The translations under genes and the position numbers were made by a program. A model generated the notes under the pieces. The model did no database searches and was not told the origin of the DNA. It was given only the letters and a program-made list of their open reading frames with translations. A DNA stretch of 54,171 bases, from positions 1 through 54,171 of IMG/VR virus record IMGVR_UViG_3300008110_000118, one strand, 5' to 3'. Shown here in pieces: positions 16,064 to 24,430 of the stretch; within the stretch, counting starts at the first letter, position 1, and the number at the start of each line of letters is the position of its first letter. The DNA is from a virus (Duplodnaviria > Caudoviricetes).

Positions 16064-17299
16064 TCACCTTTTAATTACTGAAACTGCGACATCACCTTTC
16101 TCAAAGATAACATCAACGACATTCTGCACTGCACGAGCAGTAGAACCAGAGTTCTTGTCAAACACAGGGCAGATCACGAGACCGAACGATTTAGTATAGG
16201 ATAGCAGGTTGCCAGGAGCAATAGCACCAGAGCGAATTCCTGCAGCATCGTTAGGGTGAAGACGAAGAGTACGTCCAACAGTCTGACCGATTCCGATCAC
16301 ATCCATAGAGCGCATAAAGATCACTGCCTCCAGAGCAGAAATATTGATACCCTCAGCAAGAATACTGTGGTGAAGAACCACAAACTTCTTGGAAGGATCT
16401 TTGCCCCAAGCATTCAGGACATCAAAGAATACCTCACGATTGACTTTGTTGCCATCAATAAATGCACCGTGCTTAGAAGTAATGTGCATCAGAGAGTAAC
16501 CTTGATCAGCAAGTTTCTGAGCAAACTGAGTCTCAGAAATCAGACCAATAATATGCTTAGTTGCCTTAGCGCAGATCAGAATCTTATTGACAGGATTCTC
16601 ATCAATACAATTCAGAAGATATTCGCAGTCACGGTCAGCAATGCTTTCGCCCTTGACAGATAGACGTTGCTGAGTTGCAACAACCCTAGGAGGAATAATG
16701 TAACCACCACGAACAAGTTCAGGAGCAGGAACTTTGGCAATGATAGGACCATAAACCTCAGTATCATTCATACCAGGTTTATGAATCACTGCAGAATACT
16801 TAGGAGTTGCAGTGAAGAAATAGCAACGCTTTGCTTCAAAAGCAAAGTGCTCAGTAGCAGGATAAAAGTTTTTCTTTACACTATTGTGTGCTTCATCGAA
16901 ATAGATTGTATCTACATCGATCTCTGCCTTAGCAAGTTTATCAAGAGAATTGTAGGTAGTGAAGATCAGTTTGTGACCTTCCATTGCCTCGTGCCAAGCA
17001 CGAATCTTAAGAGGATTGGTAGTAGAGAAATGATGAGTCTCACCACTATGAACGTGCATTACATCAGCATTGGTGATAAACTCCAGATACTCACTGGACA
17101 GTTGCTCAGCGAGAAGGATCCTAGGAGCAACCACAACGACCGTCTGAGGCGTCTCAGAGCGAAATACACGCATAGCATCACAAATACCCACAAGGGTCTT
17201 TCCGCCGCCTGTAGGGAACACACAGATGCCTTTCAGATACTTCAGGAGAGCATCCAGAGCAATTTGTTGGTGGGGGCGAAGTGAAATCATGTGTTTCAT
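16064..17299 (-). CDS. superfamily 2 DEAH helicase (ResIII/SNF-like)
   Basis: Q motif LRPHQ, Walker A PTGGGKT, DEAH, TAT, EGIN, QTVGRTLR. Confidence 0.92.
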   Translation of the reverse strand: MKHMISLRPHQQIALDALLKYLKGICVFPTGGGKTLVGICDAMRVFRSETPQTVVVVAPRILLAEQLSSEYLEFITNADVMHVHSGETHHFSTTNPLKIRAWHEAMEGHKLIFTTYNSLDKLAKAEIDVDTIYFDEAHNSVKKNFYPATEHFAFEAKRCYFFTATPKYSAVIHKPGMNDTEVYGPIIAKVPAPELVRGGYIIPPRVVATQQRLSVKGESIADRDCEYLLNCIDENPVNKILICAKATKHIIGLISETQFAQKLADQGYSLMHITSKHGAFIDGNKVNREVFFDVLNAWGKDPSKKFVVLHHSILAEGINISALEAVIFMRSMDVIGIGQTVGRTLRLHPNDAAGIRSGAIAPGNLLSYTKSFGLVICPVFDKNSGSTARAVQNVVDVIFEKGDVAVSVIKR

Positions 17300-17312
17300 T
17301 GATTACAGAGTA

Positions 17313-17370
17313 ATTATAGCAACAACAGAGACACCCTAGGAGTGGGCTTGTGCCAGTTCCTAAAGTGTCT
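17313..17370 (-). promoter_or_regulatory. early-type promoter element, copy 7
   Basis: TATAAT at 17313-17318; GTGCCAGTT-ccta-AAGTGTCT at 17350-17370. Confidence 0.75.
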
Positions 17371-17413
17371 TTAAGAGTTCTTGATATTAAATGTCTTGAA
17401 CCCGAGCAAAGCG

Positions 17414-17443
17414 ATTATACCCAGATTCTTATACTCTTGTCAA
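17414..17443 (-). promoter_or_regulatory. consensus sigma70 promoter
   Basis: TTGACA-N18-TATAAT. Confidence 0.7.
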
Positions 17444-17875
17444 ATACATCTCACAAAGAATTGATTCAACAAGATGTGCTTCTATTTCCCACGGTTCATT
17501 TTCATAGTCCAAGTGAGAACAATCAACACCTCTCCAGTATCTTTTTGGACCTTTATCTCTAAGGTCTCCACGAACGTGTTGGAATACATGTTGCAATTCG
17601 TGGAGTAATGTCTTAATATATTCTTCTCTACTCATCCGATTATGAATTTCAATTAAAAAACAACGAGGTCTATGGTCACAATCAGTGACTGAGCACCATC
17701 CATAAACACCCTCTCTTAAAAGTCCTCTATGTTGGACAACAATCTCAATCTTATGTCTTGGGATGAATTTTTTTACAAACCAAGTTACAACATCCTCGCA
17801 AAGAGTCTTGCTGTACTTGTATCCAGATGTCTCAAGAAAAAGCATAATTAAGAACAGCGTTGGTGAGACGAACAC
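17429..17875 (-). CDS. zincin-like metallopeptidase-domain protein
   Basis: HExxH (LLHELQHVFQ) plus downstream PWEIEA; probable start ATG at 17845. Confidence 0.75.
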   Translation of the reverse strand: MFVSPTLFLIMLFLETSGYKYSKTLCEDVVTWFVKKFIPRHKIEIVVQHRGLLREGVYGWCSVTDCDHRPRCFLIEIHNRMSREEYIKTLLHELQHVFQHVRGDLRDKGPKRYWRGVDCSHLDYENEPWEIEAHLVESILCEMYLTRV

Positions 17876-17961
17876 CCCAATTCATTAGAAGCATAAAACT
17901 TCCGATGAAAAGAAGTCTATCAATGTTGGAGTAACTCACGATTTTTCCTCAGGACTCCCTT

Positions 17962-18018
17962 AGTATAGGGCGGTAGGTCCCGATTGGAATCGTTTATGTG
18001 CCAGTTTGAGGATCGTCC
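17962..18018 (-). promoter_or_regulatory. early-type promoter element, copy 8 (marks the late/early boundary)
   Basis: TATACT at 17962-17967; GTGCCAGTT-tgag-GATCGTCC at 17998-18018. Confidence 0.65.
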
Positions 18019-18593
18019 TTTATTCTTCTTCTCATACCCAAATATTCTCGTTCATCATATAAATTATCTTTAAATTTTCCATTTGCATCTACATAATGTA
18101 AAAATGACTGCAAATACCAGTCCTGAGTAAATTTAGGTCTCCAGTGATATAATTCACATCCCTTGTATAAACATAAATCTCCCAAATTTAATTCTACTTT
18201 TATTGCATCACTTTTATCTTCGTTTCGACTAAAATAAATTGGATTTATTTCCTGATCTTTTGGGAATCCTAAAGCAAGAGTTGCTGATATTTCGCAAGAT
18301 GGTCTATCTCGATGAATTATTAGTTCATCGTGCTTTCCATAACATCTAGTATAGGTATAGGTGGGAAGTAAATGTATTCCAGATATTTTACTTAGAGTTT
18401 TTGTAGAACCATCTAGTATAGTATCCATTAAAGGATCACCATAAAATGCAAAACTAAACGGTGCTTGGGCATCCTTTTTTTCTTGACCTTCACCAGAACA
18501 TATTCTAGTATAGAAATAATGTTGTATAAATTTTACAAAATCTAGTTCTAAAAAATTTCTAACAATATAAAAACCCGATTCTTGAAATTCCAT
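17994..18593 (-). CDS. 2OG-Fe(II) oxygenase
   Basis: HxD (IHRDRPSCEISATL), distal H (LYHWR), FLHYV. Confidence 0.88.
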   Translation of the reverse strand: MEFQESGFYIVRNFLELDFVKFIQHYFYTRICSGEGQEKKDAQAPFSFAFYGDPLMDTILDGSTKTLSKISGIHLLPTYTYTRCYGKHDELIIHRDRPSCEISATLALGFPKDQEINPIYFSRNEDKSDAIKVELNLGDLCLYKGCELYHWRPKFTQDWYLQSFLHYVDANGKFKDNLYDEREYLGMRRRIKDDPQTGT

Positions 18594-18598
18594 AGTAA

Positions 18599-19267
18599 TT
18601 ATCTAAATGCGTTTCCATGAATCCATCCAACTAAAGTAAATCTTTCTCCTTTTGTTACTGGAGTTACTTCGTGTAAAGTGTAAGATGGAAAAAATATAGT
18701 ATGCCCTTTTTCTTTTTCTATGATATTATTTTCGTGTGAATTATGAAGAATTAATTCTCCTCCTTCATATTCAGAAGGATCTGATAATTGAACAACAATA
18801 CTAAGTTTTCTATTATGTGGAATTTTCCACTGGAGAGGATCTATATGTGCTTTATAGCACCCATTTTCCGTAGAATTATAATGAGTGAATTGAAGTCTTT
18901 CTATTTTGTTTAGATCAAATTCAAACCATCTTTCGTTGACCATTTTGATATGATCAGTCAATCTTTCATATATCCATGATGTATGTTGATTGATAGGAAT
19001 CCAAGAAACCATAGATCTTCTATGGTCTAAACAATCTTCACCATTTCCGCCAGTGGTTGCTCTTTCCATACACAAAGCTTGCCCTATCATTCTAATATGA
19101 TTTATTTCTAAATCATTAAAGATGTCATTTTTCCAAATCCATCCTGGATAATCTTTAGAATTCAAATACCAATAATCTGAATCTGATTTTTTTAAATCTT
19201 CAATTTCAAGTTTGCTATTTTTTAAGGAATCAAATGATTTATCTGACTCATAATATTTTGAGATCAT
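18599..19267 (-). CDS. 2OG-Fe(II) oxygenase, prolyl-4-hydroxylase/PKHD-type
   Basis: YKAHID, RKLSIVVQLSDPSEYEGGEL, FFPSYTLHEVTPVTKGERFTLVGW. Confidence 0.92.
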   Translation of the reverse strand: MISKYYESDKSFDSLKNSKLEIEDLKKSDSDYWYLNSKDYPGWIWKNDIFNDLEINHIRMIGQALCMERATTGGNGEDCLDHRRSMVSWIPINQHTSWIYERLTDHIKMVNERWFEFDLNKIERLQFTHYNSTENGCYKAHIDPLQWKIPHNRKLSIVVQLSDPSEYEGGELILHNSHENNIIEKEKGHTIFFPSYTLHEVTPVTKGERFTLVGWIHGNAFR

Positions 19268-19270
19268 ATT

Positions 19271-19858
19271 TCAAGAGTTTAACTGAGTTGATGGCCAATT
19301 TAAATTTAAATTAACATTAATAAGTTCTTCAAGAGTATTTGCAAGATTAATTCTCGTGCATAATTCTACTTCAATATCAAAACATTTCTGAATATACCAT
19401 TCCAAATAATCTGCAATTTTAATTAATTCTTCACCAGTAATAGTTCTATAAGTATCAACAAATTTCCAAGCAAAATTTTTATTTGGAAATTGTTTTGCAA
19501 GTTCTCTTTTCAAAAATAGTGCTAATCTAGTTCTTTCATCAGTTTGAATTCTATCATTATCTATAGTAATAAGAGTTACTTCTTTTTCCCATCTCTGAGT
19601 TGCAATTATCTTTTTAATTTTGCTCTTACTAAATTCTAACCATTGAGAATCATAATTATATTCTAGAATTTCTGGATTATTCAGACAAATCCAACCAAGA
19701 GTTTCATGTCCAGCCCAAGAAAGATCGGATAGTTCCTCATCATTATGGGCTGGTAATCCATGAATATTTCTCCAGTTTTCTGGAAGTGACTGGGCGTGAT
19801 CTATTATAGTTTTTGATTGTTTATCAACTAAAACATATAGATCATTCATTATTGCCAT
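19271..19858 (-). CDS. DUF4376-like tail fibre assembly/associated protein
   Basis: IATQRWEKE...IQTDERTR...WK....EL..I....IQKCFDIE C-terminal pattern; N-terminal LPENWRNIHGL. Confidence 0.65.
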   Translation of the reverse strand: MAIMNDLYVLVDKQSKTIIDHAQSLPENWRNIHGLPAHNDEELSDLSWAGHETLGWICLNNPEILEYNYDSQWLEFSKSKIKKIIATQRWEKEVTLITIDNDRIQTDERTRLALFLKRELAKQFPNKNFAWKFVDTYRTITGEELIKIADYLEWYIQKCFDIEVELCTRINLANTLEELINVNLNLNWPSTQLNS

Positions 19859-20315
19859 TTGATTGTTCCTCTGAATTATCGTTAGAAGGATAAGATGCTT
19901 CTTCTGGTTTTGATTCTTTTAACTGTTTTTTCTTATTGGAGCTACTAAGTCTTCTTCTTTTTGGTGCTTCTGCAATTTGCCAGGGAGCAGATCCTTTCCA
20001 AGAAACTGCATGTGGATCTTCAACATCAACATTCCAACCTCTCCAAGAAGCAAAATCAACTCTAGGTCTCATCGCAATTTGAAGACCAGCACCAGCAGCA
20101 AGTTGTTCAATTAATTCAACAACTTCAACAGGTTGCATTTGCGCCCAAACTGTTGCACCATCAGATCTCAAAATTAATTCACACACACCACCAAAAGCAG
20201 TTCCAACAGTTACAGATCTTGCACGATATTTGTTTTGAGCAATAGAAGCATATTCATGCTCCTCATACATTTCTTCAATTTTTTGTCTCAACTCAGACTT
20301 TGGTTTTGAAGGCAT
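19842..20315 (-). CDS. conserved hypothetical protein
   Basis: RARSVTVGTAFGGVCEL...QPVEVVELIEQLAA...RPRVDFASWRGW; ATG at 20315 with AAGGAG RBS. Confidence 0.75.
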   Translation of the reverse strand: MPSKPKSELRQKIEEMYEEHEYASIAQNKYRARSVTVGTAFGGVCELILRSDGATVWAQMQPVEVVELIEQLAAGAGLQIAMRPRVDFASWRGWNVDVEDPHAVSWKGSAPWQIAEAPKRRRLSSSNKKKQLKESKPEEASYPSNDNSEEQSNGNNE

Positions 20316-20346
20316 AAAAATCACTCCTTACAAAAAGTATTTTTAG

Positions 20347-20353
20347 TATTTAT
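20347..20353 (-). promoter_or_regulatory. T4-type late promoter ATAAATA
   Basis: TAATAAATA upstream of 19842-20315; would drive the DUF4376 and two oxygenase genes late. Confidence 0.6.
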
Positions 20354-20359
20354 TACAGT

Positions 20360-22624
20360 TTATTGACGCCAAGAAATTGTAATAAATCCCCCAGGTGGAA
20401 CTTGTATTGGATAATTTGTAAATGGTGTTACAACAACGTTCGTTGCAGTCGATTGATTTGCTTGAAATCCAGGATTTCCTGGATTAGAGGTTCCAGGATT
20501 GCCAGGTGCCCCAAAGTTACCTAATCCACCAAGATTTCCCGGATTTCCTGGAACACCTGGATTTCCAGCAGGACCTGGATTTCCTGGATTTCCTGGGATA
20601 CCTGCTCCTGCTGCAGTAGTTGGATTTCCTGGATTACCTGGAGACCCAGCATTACCATCTGCTCCCACTTGACCCGCACCTCCAGGGTTTCCTGGGTTTC
20701 CTGCGGGACCTACATTTCCCGGATTTCCTGCATTTCCTGGATTTCCTGGATTTGCACCAGATCCGGGATTTCCTGCAGTTCCTGAATTTCCTGGATTTGC
20801 ACCAAATCCATCAGATCCTGGATTTCCACTTCCGCCAGAATTACCAGATCCTCCAGAAGTACCAGCGCCACCACCGCCGCCACCACCACCGAATCTAGGA
20901 GTTCCTCCGGGAGTTGGAACTTGTGCTCCTGACCCACCGGCACCACCACTTCCTCCACCTTGACCGGATCCACCGTTACCTGCAGTTATCCCTGAACCTG
21001 GATTTCCTCCTGGATTTCCTCCTGAACCTGCATTTCCTGGTCCAACTCCTGGGACACCAGCGTTTCCGCCACCACCACCATTTCCACCGCCACCAGCATT
21101 TCCACCAGATCCATTAAAACCGCTATTTCCTGGATTTCCTGAATTTCCCGAACTTCCTCCAGATCCTGCTTGACCTGGATTTCCTGCATTTCCTGCGTTT
21201 CCTCTTACTCCATTATTTCCTGGATTTCCTGTTGTTCCAGCATTACCCCCACCTCCATTCTGTCCAATAGTTCCTCCCGCACCTCCAGCCCCACCAGTTC
21301 CGTTAGTTCCGGCATTTCCTGCATTTCCAGCTCCACCAGCATTTCCTCCAGTGCCAGCATTTCCTGGATTACCCGCATTTCCACCATTTCCACCGATACC
21401 TTGATTTCCTGGATTTCCTGCATTACCACCCAATCCATTTGTTCCTGGATTGCCTGGATTTGCAGTTCCCCCATTACCAAAAGCACCTCCAGGAAAAACC
21501 ACACCGAAAGCAATAGCAGCATCACCAACATTTCCCGAATTACCAAAAATTCCAGTATTTCCCGGATTTGCTCCAGTGCCAATATTTCCAGCAACTCCAG
21601 GATTTCCCAATCCTCCGAGATTTCCTGGATTACCTGGATTTCCCGGATTTCCATTAGGACCTGCGTTTCCTGGATTTCCTGCTATTCCTAGATTTCCTGG
21701 GTTTGCTCCTGTACCCGGATTTCCTGGAGTTCCTTGAGTTCCTGCTGCAGCTCCAGTTCCAGGATTTCCTGGATTCCCCACTTGTCCAGATCCTGCACCA
21801 AATCCATCGGATCCTGCAGACCCCAAAGTTCCTGTTCCCCCATCAGAACCTGGGTTTCCCGATCCACCAGAATTTCCTGCACCACCAGTACCAGCACCAC
21901 TTCCTGAACTTCCAGCACTTCCAGTGCCTCCAGCATTTCCGGCGTTTCCCGATCCAAAAGATCCACCAGTACCACCACTACCACCAGTTCCACCAGTTCC
22001 ATTATTTCCACCAGAACCAGGGCTTCCTGCTCTATCTGGACCTTGCTGAACGGGACGACGAGCACCTCCGCCGCCGCCGCCGCCGCCTCCACCTCCAGAA
22101 GATCCTGGATTTCCTGGATTTCCTGCAGATCCACCGGCACCGCCGGATCCATTAAATCCATCATTTCCAGGATTTCCAGCAGATCCACCGACACCATTAT
22201 TTCCCGGATTTCCTGCGTTTCCTGCATTTCCTCCTGCACCAGCGTTACCTGGATTTCCTATATTTCCACCAACTCCAGGATTTCCCGTAGCACCTTTATT
22301 TCCTGGATTTCCAGCATTACCTCCAGTTCCTACAATTCCAGCATTTCCTGGATTTCCCGCACCTCCTGCGCCGCCCGCATTTCCAGTATTTCCTTGATTT
22401 CCAGCATTTCCACCAGTTCCACCTTGACCTTGATTTCCCCTATTTCCCGCATTTCCTCCAGTTCCCTCAATTCCAGAGTTTCCTGGATTTCCTGGACCAC
22501 CATATCCAACAACTGTTACTTCAGTCGCTCTAACTGGAGCAGTCCAGGTTCCAGGAGTACTAAAAGTTGCCGTAAGAAGTTGTTTGGATGATGAGATTAA
22601 TGACTTTCTGGAAATTATTGACAT
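20360..22624 (-). CDS. Gly-X-Y (Gly-Asn-Pro) collagen-like / polyglycine-II protein built on a glycine-rich beta-domain scaffold
   Basis: About 45 uninterrupted G-X-Y triplets from residue 42, further G-X-Y arms and poly-Gly runs; non-repetitive parts [47 protein letters not shown]. Confidence 0.85.
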   Translation of the reverse strand: MSIISRKSLISSSKQLLTATFSTPGTWTAPVRATEVTVVGYGGPGNPGNSGIEGTGGNAGNRGNQGQGGTGGNAGNQGNTGNAGGAGGAGNPGNAGIVGTGGNAGNPGNKGATGNPGVGGNIGNPGNAGAGGNAGNAGNPGNNGVGGSAGNPGNDGFNGSGGAGGSAGNPGNPGSSGGGGGGGGGGGARRPVQQGPDRAGSPGSGGNNGTGGTGGSGGTGGSFGSGNAGNAGGTGSAGSSGSGAGTGGAGNSGGSGNPGSDGGTGTLGSAGSDGFGAGSGQVGNPGNPGTGAAAGTQGTPGNPGTGANPGNLGIAGNPGNAGPNGNPGNPGNPGNLGGLGNPGVAGNIGTGANPGNTGIFGNSGNVGDAAIAFGVVFPGGAFGNGGTANPGNPGTNGLGGNAGNPGNQGIGGNGGNAGNPGNAGTGGNAGGAGNAGNAGTNGTGGAGGAGGTIGQNGGGGNAGTTGNPGNNGVRGNAGNAGNPGQAGSGGSSGNSGNPGNSGFNGSGGNAGGGGNGGGGGNAGVPGVGPGNAGSGGNPGGNPGSGITAGNGGSGQGGGSGGAGGSGAQVPTPGGTPRFGGGGGGGGAGTSGGSGNSGGSGNPGSDGFGANPGNSGTAGNPGSGANPGNPGNAGNPGNVGPAGNPGNPGGAGQVGADGNAGSPGNPGNPTTAAGAGIPGNPGNPGPAGNPGVPGNPGNLGGLGNFGAPGNPGTSNPGNPGFQANQSTATNVVVTPFTNYPIQVPPGGFITISWRQ
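20470..22500. repeat. degenerate 9-nt coding tandem repeat (plus-strand GGATTTCCT, minus-strand GGA AAT CCA)
   Basis: Dozens of ggatttcct/gcatttcct units encoding GNP/GNA. Confidence 0.8.
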
Positions 22625-22649
22625 CGGTGTATCTAGTGATTTTGATTAA

Positions 22650-23249
22650 TCAATCATAAAAAAACCAACCAGTAGCAATATATTTCGCTTTATCTCCATA
22701 AACAACATTACCTCTATGTGTATGAGTAAATCCAGCTGGCCAGATAATCATACAATTTTCTTTTGGTGGAATACGAAGTCTTTGATATATAAATTCAGTT
22801 TCGCCTGCACATCCTTCGTCAAGAGTATTTAGATACAATGAGAATGCCAAAGCTCTATTTTGCATTCCATCTCCACTTTGTTGCTCACAATGCCAAATAT
22901 GATATCCACCTCCAGGAGAAGTTTTTTGTAATTTTATAGTAGAAGATCTTAAATTTAAATCTCTTAAAATATCATATTCTCTCACATAATCATCAAAACA
23001 TTTTTGCAATCCATCCCAAAACATTCTTACCGTATTTTTCCCCCTATAATCTTGCAAAGAATGATTTGCTAAATTAATAAAATAAAATTCATCTTGTTTT
23101 TCTAATTTTTTTCTCCCTTCTGAATCCTGTCTATTACCAACGTGCCCACCTTCATGGAATAATTCAAATTGTTCTATAAGATGATTACAATATCCTATTG
23201 GATATACATCTTCATACATTCCAATAAAATTTGTGTATTTTGAGTCCAT
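22650..23249 (-). CDS. 2OG-Fe(II) oxygenase (HxE variant)
   Basis: GGGYHIWHCE, YLN...GETEF, WPAGFTHTHRGN, KYIATGW. Confidence 0.9.
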   Translation of the reverse strand: MDSKYTNFIGMYEDVYPIGYCNHLIEQFELFHEGGHVGNRQDSEGRKKLEKQDEFYFINLANHSLQDYRGKNTVRMFWDGLQKCFDDYVREYDILRDLNLRSSTIKLQKTSPGGGYHIWHCEQQSGDGMQNRALAFSLYLNTLDEGCAGETEFIYQRLRIPPKENCMIIWPAGFTHTHRGNVVYGDKAKYIATGWFFYD

Positions 23250-23272
23250 AGTAAAATATAATTAATTTTTAA

Positions 23273-24184
23273 TTAACTGAAATTGAACATTGCAATATTT
23301 CCATACCATGTTGTTCCATTATTGGGAGTTAAGAAAATCCAAACATCGCTTATATTTGCACCAGTAGATCTAGATGGTGGAATGTTATCTGGCCATTTTA
23401 CTGAAGCAGGCCAAGTTACAGAATAACCACCAACAGAATCATTTGTTAAAATTAAAGTAAATGATGCAGAACCAGTTGATACACCCGTCTGAATATTAAA
23501 CGTTGTATTTCCAACTAATGTTGCTGTTATCACATTTCCTTGAGATAATGAAATTGTAGTGATTCCACTTACATTACCTAGGGCATTTAAAGTTTCTGTA
23601 TAATTTCTAATTGTTACATCACTAATTGTTCTACCTGCACTGACTAATGATGTATTTCCTAAACTAATAGATCCAGTTACTAAATTAGCAGAAGTCAAAT
23701 TTCCAGTGATAGAAACTGTTCCACCAATAGATGTATTTCCACTTATGGATGAACTTCCACCTATAGATACATTTCCACCAATAGTAGAAAATCCAGAAAC
23801 ATAAGAGTTTCCAGATACCCAAAGTGCCTGATTTGCTACTGTTGTTCCAACACCAATATTTCTTGTCGTTACAATTCCAGTTGCTACAGATTCCCATTTA
23901 CTGAGTTTTAATTCTGGAATTACTCCAGTAAGACCAGCACCAGATCCATAATAAGTTATAATTCCAGATGTTGCACTTATACTATTAATACCAATTCTGA
24001 CATTACCGATTGTAGTAATGCCAGATATAATTGCAGATCCTTTTACTTGGACTTTTACCTGAGGAGATAATGTACCGATTCCGACGAATTGGGAGTCGGA
24101 TCCAGTTGCAAGCGTAATGTTTTGATTGACATCATCAACTTCTACAAAGTTACTAAATTGGGAAAATTCTCTGTTTATTGCCAT
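23273..24184 (-). CDS. short tail-fibre-like protein
   Basis: VGIGT repeats, beta-helix-like SIGG repeats, C-terminal WP..VKWP...P...DVW domain. Confidence 0.75.
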   Translation of the reverse strand: MAINREFSQFSNFVEVDDVNQNITLATGSDSQFVGIGTLSPQVKVQVKGSAIISGITTIGNVRIGINSISATSGIITYYGSGAGLTGVIPELKLSKWESVATGIVTTRNIGVGTTVANQALWVSGNSYVSGFSTIGGNVSIGGSSSISGNTSIGGTVSITGNLTSANLVTGSISLGNTSLVSAGRTISDVTIRNYTETLNALGNVSGITTISLSQGNVITATLVGNTTFNIQTGVSTGSASFTLILTNDSVGGYSVTWPASVKWPDNIPPSRSTGANISDVWIFLTPNNGTTWYGNIAMFNFS

Positions 24185-24199
24185 CGTTACACTTTCTAA

Positions 24200-24430
24200 T
24201 TATTTATTATAAACACCACGAGGGAATACTTGACCTTGTGAAGGTCTTCTTCCTGTCAGCCATCCTGGTCTCGTTTCTGTCACTTGAGAACCAAGATTTA
24301 TATTACCAACACTTACAGTTCCATTAGAAGGTTCAATTGTATAAGAACTTGTAGATTGAACTTGGAATGCTGCAGTTGATGCAAATCCAACAACTGCTGT
24401 TGTTAAATTGGGAATGCTATAATCTGCCAT
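24200..24430 (-). CDS. small virion-associated hypothetical protein
   Basis: 76 aa ending GWLTGRRPSQGQVFPRGVYNK; TAATG-coupled to 24430-25839. Confidence 0.7.
   Translation of the reverse strand: MADYSIPNLTTAVVGFASTAAFQVQSTSSYTIEPSNGTVSVGNINLGSQVTETRPGWLTGRRPSQGQVFPRGVYNK

Noticed and set aside
16064-17299. Helicase as part of a type I/III restriction system, or as UvsW
   Set aside because: No adjacent Mod/HsdM/HsdS gene and no nuclease domain; location and sequence do not match the core UvsW locus
20470-22500. Repeat array considered as CRISPR or a non-coding satellite
   Set aside because: No constant repeat with unique spacers; the periodicity is 3/9 nt and fully explained by the G-X-Y coding frame; no cas genes
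20620-22591. Many overlapping alternative-frame and antisense ORFs (EIQEIQ, FLDFLD, ISWIS, PGFPGF repeats)
   Set aside because: By-products of the 9-nt GGA-AAT-CCA repeat, which lacks stops in several frames; no RBS or independent features
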